The translations under genes and the position numbers were made by a program. 64,000 nt of DNA from a plasmid: sequence record NZ_CP023526.1, one strand, 5' to 3'. Shown here one piece after another: positions 59,615-64,000 of this stretch. The notes under the pieces were generated by a model. The model saw nothing but the letters and a program-made list of their open reading frames with translations. It searched no databases and was not told the DNA's origin. The first letter of the stretch is position 1; each line of letters starts with the position of its first letter.

Positions 59615-60826
59615 TTGTGTTTTTACTCTTTTCGCCATAAATTGAAAAAAGTAATACAAACTACTACAACGGGTTTGATCATGCACTCACTGACAAAGAT
59701 TCTGAGCTCACTACTCACTGGCGGACAGGAACGAGCACTAAAAGTAATGGATGAAGAGGAGGATGGCCGCAAAGAAGTGACATCCATACGTCTAAAACCT
59801 CAGACGCGGGCGTACTTACAGGCGCAGAGTGAAGTGCTTGGAATTTCGGTTTCACAGTTTATAAACATCATTGTTGATGGAGTGGTAAATATCGAGACGT
59901 CACCACACCAGAGTCGAATAGATACTATTTATGACCGACTGATGTTGCTGTTCGAAATCAATGGAATTGGACCATTAGAAATGAGCCAGATACTGGCTGA
60001 GTATGGGCTAACGCTGTCAAAACTTAAATCACGTGATGCAACACTTGATCTTCTGACTCCGGAGTTACTTAAGAACGTCAGCAACTGGTTCGGTGTACAG
60101 CAATCCTGGCTTAGCGCAAAAAGCGAGGGCGTATTCCCCACGCGCGCTCTCCACTGGTATAAAAATACCGAGGGAATGGCAGCTTCAATTATTGAAAGAA
60201 ACATTGAGTATGGCGATCTTGATGTTTATATCATCAAGAATGCTGGCGTGAGCTTCGAGCAGGCCGAAAAATATGATGACTATGAGAACAATTTGGGTAT
60301 GGGGTTTGTACTCGAGTACCGCACTAAGATAGGCAGCGCCAGCATCTGTCGGTATGAGTTTTGCGAATTTCAGCGCTGGAACTACATTCGGTGTCGCAAT
60401 GACCTGAAGCTGATATTCAGGTTCCTTCACGAGCTTGAACAAAAACGTGCTGCCATCCGTGTTCACGGCTGTACGGTAAAAGAAGCAATATTTGAAAGGA
60501 TCTATAATGGTCGTATCCTTCCAGACCAGCTTAGAATTGCCCTGAACAACGCTGCGTGGTGGGATCCCCGTATCATAACAGAAGATGTTGCGGTCAATTA
60601 TAGTGAGATGAAATTCAGCAAGTTCGTGACGGCCTACTGCGAGCTCCCTATGAAAACAATAAGGCCGGTTTATAACCAGTATTCCAGCAACCCTGAGGCC
60701 TGGACCGTAACGTTATGGAAAGATGATTCCGGGGAACAGAAATACCATTCATTACGTGAAGCGCTGGAAGACAGTTTCAGGCGATATCACAGCACTGATT
60801 TTCCTTCACCAGATGGTGATTGTTAG
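59615..60826 (+). CDS. Hypothetical protein with an N-terminal ribbon-helix-helix (CopG/Arc-like) motif and a ~300-aa unknown C-terminal domain (alternative start at 59681)
   Basis: TSIRLKPQTRAYLQAQSEVLGISVSQFINIIVDGV fits the RHH beta-alpha-alpha pattern. The rest has no recognisable motif. Confidence 0.45.
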   Translation: MCFYSFRHKLKKVIQTTTTGLIMHSLTKILSSLLTGGQERALKVMDEEEDGRKEVTSIRLKPQTRAYLQAQSEVLGISVSQFINIIVDGVVNIETSPHQSRIDTIYDRLMLLFEINGIGPLEMSQILAEYGLTLSKLKSRDATLDLLTPELLKNVSNWFGVQQSWLSAKSEGVFPTRALHWYKNTEGMAASIIERNIEYGDLDVYIIKNAGVSFEQAEKYDDYENNLGMGFVLEYRTKIGSASICRYEFCEFQRWNYIRCRNDLKLIFRFLHELEQKRAAIRVHGCTVKEAIFERIYNGRILPDQLRIALNNAAWWDPRIITEDVAVNYSEMKFSKFVTAYCELPMKTIRPVYNQYSSNPEAWTVTLWKDDSGEQKYHSLREALEDSFRRYHSTDFPSPDGDC

Positions 60827-61233
60827 CTGAAGATCAGTGAGCTTATAAGATTTTTTATAGCGTGGGTTCCGAAGCAACCAATACATTTCAAACTAACTCG
60901 TTTCTTATGTGTTTCACATTATCAGTAATGCTAGTAACTTACTGATATTTAAATCGGTAAGGCTAAAATAACTATCCTTATGAATCATTAAAAGCTTACC
61001 TTAACTAAACTCATAAATAGGCTCGTTGAGCCTATTTAACATTGATAAACCCCTCGAAAAAACAATACTTTTATATCTTTCTGCTATTTTTACAGGTTAA
61101 GGGATCTTTTTCATTCTGACCAGTACTCGTCGCCAACGCCTGCCTGTTTTGCACAGGGCTCGCCACATCGGCAGTACAGATATTTATAGATACCATGTTC
61201 AGCAATGGTGAGGCATCAGTCAGGCAACCGCCA

Positions 61234-61731
61234 CTAAGGTACGATGTCAATATCGAACTCACCCTGTAGCTTCTGACGCTGCTCGGTTGAGAGACGACTA
61301 ATTTTCAGTGCAATATTCATTATAGAAGGCGACAGATCCCGCAGAGATTCCACGGTGCTGTCTGCATACTGTGCGGATAACACTCTCATTGCCTGCATGA
61401 TGACCAGATGGCGCTGCGCTTCCGAAATATGTCGGAACAACATTGTCAGCAGAGCAATATCGTCTTCAACTCCTGCGGGTTCTGCCCACTCACCCTCCTC
61501 TCCCAGGAACCATGCCGCACTTACCCCAGTTGCTTTTGCAAGTTTCTTCAGTTGTAAAATGCTGGGGAATGACTCGTGCTTTAAATATCCCCTGATGGCC
61601 GCCTCAGATAACCCCGATTTACGCGCCAGAGAGCTCTTGGTATAGCCAGACATTTCCATGGCCACAGACAACCGTGATCCAAACATGTTCTCATCCGCAG
61701 GTTCAGTCAACTGACTGCCTTTTTTCACCAT
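61234..61731 (-). CDS. XRE-family HTH protein with a C-terminal extension
   Basis: HTH LSVAMEMSGYTKSSLARKSGLSEAAIRGYLKHESFPSILQLKKLAKATGVSAAWFLG. Confidence 0.5.
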   Translation of the reverse strand: MVKKGSQLTEPADENMFGSRLSVAMEMSGYTKSSLARKSGLSEAAIRGYLKHESFPSILQLKKLAKATGVSAAWFLGEEGEWAEPAGVEDDIALLTMLFRHISEAQRHLVIMQAMRVLSAQYADSTVESLRDLSPSIMNIALKISRLSTEQRQKLQGEFDIDIVP

Positions 61732-62154
61732 CTCGTTCTACTCTTAACCGTTTGATTTAACAAGAATATCAATTCAAAAACTCATCAAATCGAAATATTT
61801 TTCGAAAATTAAATTTATTTCGCATTAAATATCGATATCATGTCAGTATAAATTGCAGACAGTTTCCCTCTGCAGATTCAAACACTGAGCATCGCACAGC
61901 CCGGGCGAAATTGCCATGCACGCGTACGTGCCATCAAAGGCAACGTCCAGGCACTGTGTAGCCTGACCGAACCCCGGCTTCACGCAAGTCCGGCCTTCGA
62001 ATTTCAGACACACCACATCGTATACCCGCCAGCCCTGTTTCATCCGGCAGGGGCTCCTGCGCGCGCTGGCATTCTACCATGTCCGACATGAGACGAAGGA
62101 GAGACAAGCCACATGACTCACACCGACGGGCACCAGCCCGACATCTGGCCCGCA

Positions 62155-63058
62155 TACGTTCTGCCCCGGGGCGGCACACCCGTCCCGCCTGGTCCTCACC
62201 CCCACATCAGGAGATACCCTGTGAACACCCCCCTTTCTGTACCCCGTCGCCCGCTTCAGGGCAAAGTCATCGCCATCACCGGGGCCGCCTCCGGGATCGG
62301 CCTCGCCTGTGCCTCCGCCTTTCTTGCCGCCGGGGCCCGTGTTGTCATGATTGACCGTGACGTCGGAGCCCTCCTCCACCACGCAGATACCCTCGGAGAG
62401 CACGCCCTGCCCCTGCCGGCCGACATCACCGACCCTGACCAGGCCGACGGTCTCGCTGACCACATCCTCTCCCTCGCCGGACGCCTCGATATCTTCCATG
62501 CCAACGCCGGCATGTACACCGGTGGCCCCTTCGTCGACACCGACCCCGACACCATCGCGAAGCTCCTCGACCTCAACGTCACCGCCACTTTTCGCTGTAT
62601 CCGCGCTGTCCTCCCCGCCTTTATCGCCCGACGCGGCGGGGATATCCTCCTCACCAGCTCCGTCGCCGGGGTCGTCCCTGTGGCACACGAGCCCGTCTAT
62701 ACCGCCTCCAAGTTTGCCCTCCAGGGCTTCGTCCACAGCCTCCGCCGGCAGCTCTCTCCCCACGGGGTCCGCGTCGGGGCCATCCTTCCCGGCCCGGTCA
62801 GCACCGCCCTGCTCACCGCCTGGCCCGAGGCAAAACGCCGCGAGGCCCTGGAGACCTGCGCCCTCCTGCAGCCCGCTGATGTCGCCGAAGCCGCGCTCTT
62901 TATGGTCACCCGGCCCCACGACGTCGTCATCCGGGATCTTGTGATCCTCCCGGCCGGGGTGGATCTCTGACGCCTTCCTGCCCGGACACTCAGACAGCTG
63001 CTCTCACGGAGACCTCAACGACGCCGGGAACCCGGCCCCGGCGCCTGAGGACAAGTCC
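62155..63058. repeat. Direct repeat C, copy 2
   Basis: Near-identical to 54895-55796. Confidence 0.9.
62221..62970 (+). CDS. GC-rich SDR, copy 2 (identical protein apart from about 1 residue)
   Basis: Within repeat C copy 2. Confidence 0.7.
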   Translation: MNTPLSVPRRPLQGKVIAITGAASGIGLACASAFLAAGARVVMIDRDVGALLHHADTLGEHALPLPADITDPDQADGLADHILSLAGRLDIFHANAGMYTGGPFVDTDPDTIAKLLDLNVTATFRCIRAVLPAFIARRGGDILLTSSVAGVVPVAHEPVYTASKFALQGFVHSLRRQLSPHGVRVGAILPGPVSTALLTAWPEAKRREALETCALLQPADVAEAALFMVTRPHDVVIRDLVILPAGVDL

Positions 63059-63356
63059 GGAGAGGTGCCCTGTCCGCCAAAAGTCGTGCCCCATGGCGCT
63101 TATGGGACTATGACTCACGTCCTTCTACTTTCATCAAAGTGTTGATATTCGTTACTCTTTAGAAAGAGTACCCCCCCTTCTCAATAATCAATGCCGTATG
63201 GACTTAACAACGGCCGCTATGAGCGAGGAACGGAAGTTCGTTTTCAGGTAACATACTCCATATGCAAGAGGTTCTCTAAAAGAGAATGGGGCGTCTAAGC
63301 GGGATATTTACCGCTTCGCGGCACTCTTATGCTCGGAGACGCAACCTGTACCACCA

Positions 63357-63388
63357 CTTTCTGATGCCCCCGCGAGGGCATCAGAAAG
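63357..63388. terminator. Perfect 13-bp-stem hairpin (ctttctgatgccc-ccgcgag-ggcatcagaaag) followed by a T-rich stretch; candidate bidirectional terminator
   Basis: Read directly from the sequence. Confidence 0.4.
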
Positions 63389-63539
63389 TTATTATCTGAA
63401 AAACACCCGCGCGGTCATCAGGGACAAGCGTTGCAATGGTAGTCTTTCCATTTCAGGAATCAGGGTTTAGGGAGCTGCAGAGCAGCAAACGCCGTTAAGC
63501 GCTCATTTTAAATGGGTATTAAGGAAAAAGAGGTACTTT

Positions 63540-63989
63540 ATGAAGCTTAAACATCTGGGCACATCGGTGCTGCTGGCGGCAATGGTTTGCTGGAGTAGTT
63601 TATCTACAGCAACCAGTGAGCAGGAAGTGAATGCAAGGCTCGATCAACTTTTCAATACACACCAGGAATATCATAATTTTCTCGATAACCTGCAAACACA
63701 GCTCATCAGCGAAAATAAAGTAGAAGTAGCGAAACTGATTTCTTACCCCATTAAAGTTAATATTGATGGTAAAAAGATTAAAATAAAAACGCCGCAACAG
63801 CTTATCAAATTATACGGTTCCATTTTTACCCCTGCTCTGGTGAAAGTAGTTAATACCCAGCAGTATAAAGATCTGCTTATCAACGCTCAGGGCGTAATGA
63901 TTGGCAACGGGCAAATATGGTTTTCCTCTGTTTGCGGAGATAATCAGTGTAAAAAATCAACCGTGCTAATTACCACCATCAATAAATAG
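63540..63989 (+). CDS. Secreted hypothetical protein (signal peptide; two Cys near the C-terminus)
   Basis: N-terminal MKLKHLGTSVLLAAMVCWSSLSTATS with an RBS aggaaaaagagg. AT-rich. Confidence 0.45.
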   Translation: MKLKHLGTSVLLAAMVCWSSLSTATSEQEVNARLDQLFNTHQEYHNFLDNLQTQLISENKVEVAKLISYPIKVNIDGKKIKIKTPQQLIKLYGSIFTPALVKVVNTQQYKDLLINAQGVMIGNGQIWFSSVCGDNQCKKSTVLITTINK

Positions 63990-64000
63990 GGTACTGTCGT

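Overview
This 64-kb window is a mosaic accessory region of an Enterobacterales replicon, either a large plasmid or an integrative island. GC content alternates between about 35 % and about 65 %, consistent with horizontally acquired blocks. Main blocks, left to right:

- 0.4-10.9 kb. A diverged inverted segmental duplication with arms of about 1.2 kb. Each arm carries a tRNA-Arg(CCG) gene or its decayed remnant, an ~80-bp palindromic MITE-like element, and a terminator. The arms bracket an ~8-kb IS-rich segment. That segment holds a tRNA(CAU) plus tRNA pseudogenes, a VirK/YbjX-like gene, a complete IS66-family element inserted among IS66 and IS6 debris, and an OspG/NleH-like minimal kinase.
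- 11.4-14.3 kb. A GC-rich remnant of a conjugative element with a DsbA/DsbC-like thioredoxin protein and several hypothetical proteins.
- 14.4-16.5 kb. Two LuxR-type genes, each preceded by a copy of a conserved ~120-bp leader element.
- 16.7-20.0 kb. An XRE regulator, a CI/LexA-like repressor, an unknown 165-aa protein, a CpdA-like metallophosphodiesterase and a YhhQ-family transporter.
- 20.3-21.1 kb. An orphan F-type traM with an oriT-like GANTC repeat array. No relaxase or T4SS genes are present.
- 21.6-26 kb. An AT-rich regulator cluster with a LysR regulator, a ToxR/CadC-like regulator plus a membrane partner, and a LuxR regulator.
- 26-31 kb. IS3-family remnants, an H-NS paralog, an ileX-like tRNA-Ile2(CAU) with its terminator, and ArdC.
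- 31.7-32.9 kb. An orphan Wzz/FepE-like chain-length determinant.
- 34.2-48.4 kb. A complete aryl-polyene (APE)-type fatty-acid-synthase-like biosynthetic cluster. It has two ACPs, an adenylating ligase, three KAS/CLF genes, two dehydratases, FabG, a thioesterase, an acyltransferase, a GT2-acyltransferase fusion, LolA-like and MMPL export proteins, and a PPTase.
- 48.4-63.1 kb. Two families of exact direct repeats, B (755 bp) and C (about 900 bp), arranged B1-X-C1B2-Y-C2. Segment X carries a true queC ortholog, a frameshifted yhhQ, a second CI-like repressor, an SDR gene and a lipoprotein with a TolA domain-III-like domain. Segment Y carries tandem LuxR-type paralogs preceded by iteron-like repeats, an Rhs C-terminal remnant, and a 403-aa RHH-domain protein.

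No CRISPR array and no rRNA genes were seen. The most interesting unexplained loci are listed here.

- The two repressor/YhhQ/enzyme modules.
- The TolA-III-like lipoprotein.
- The conserved leader element with a covarying hairpin.
- The mirrored tRNA-Arg duplication.
- The interleaved B and C repeats.
- The RHH-domain protein.
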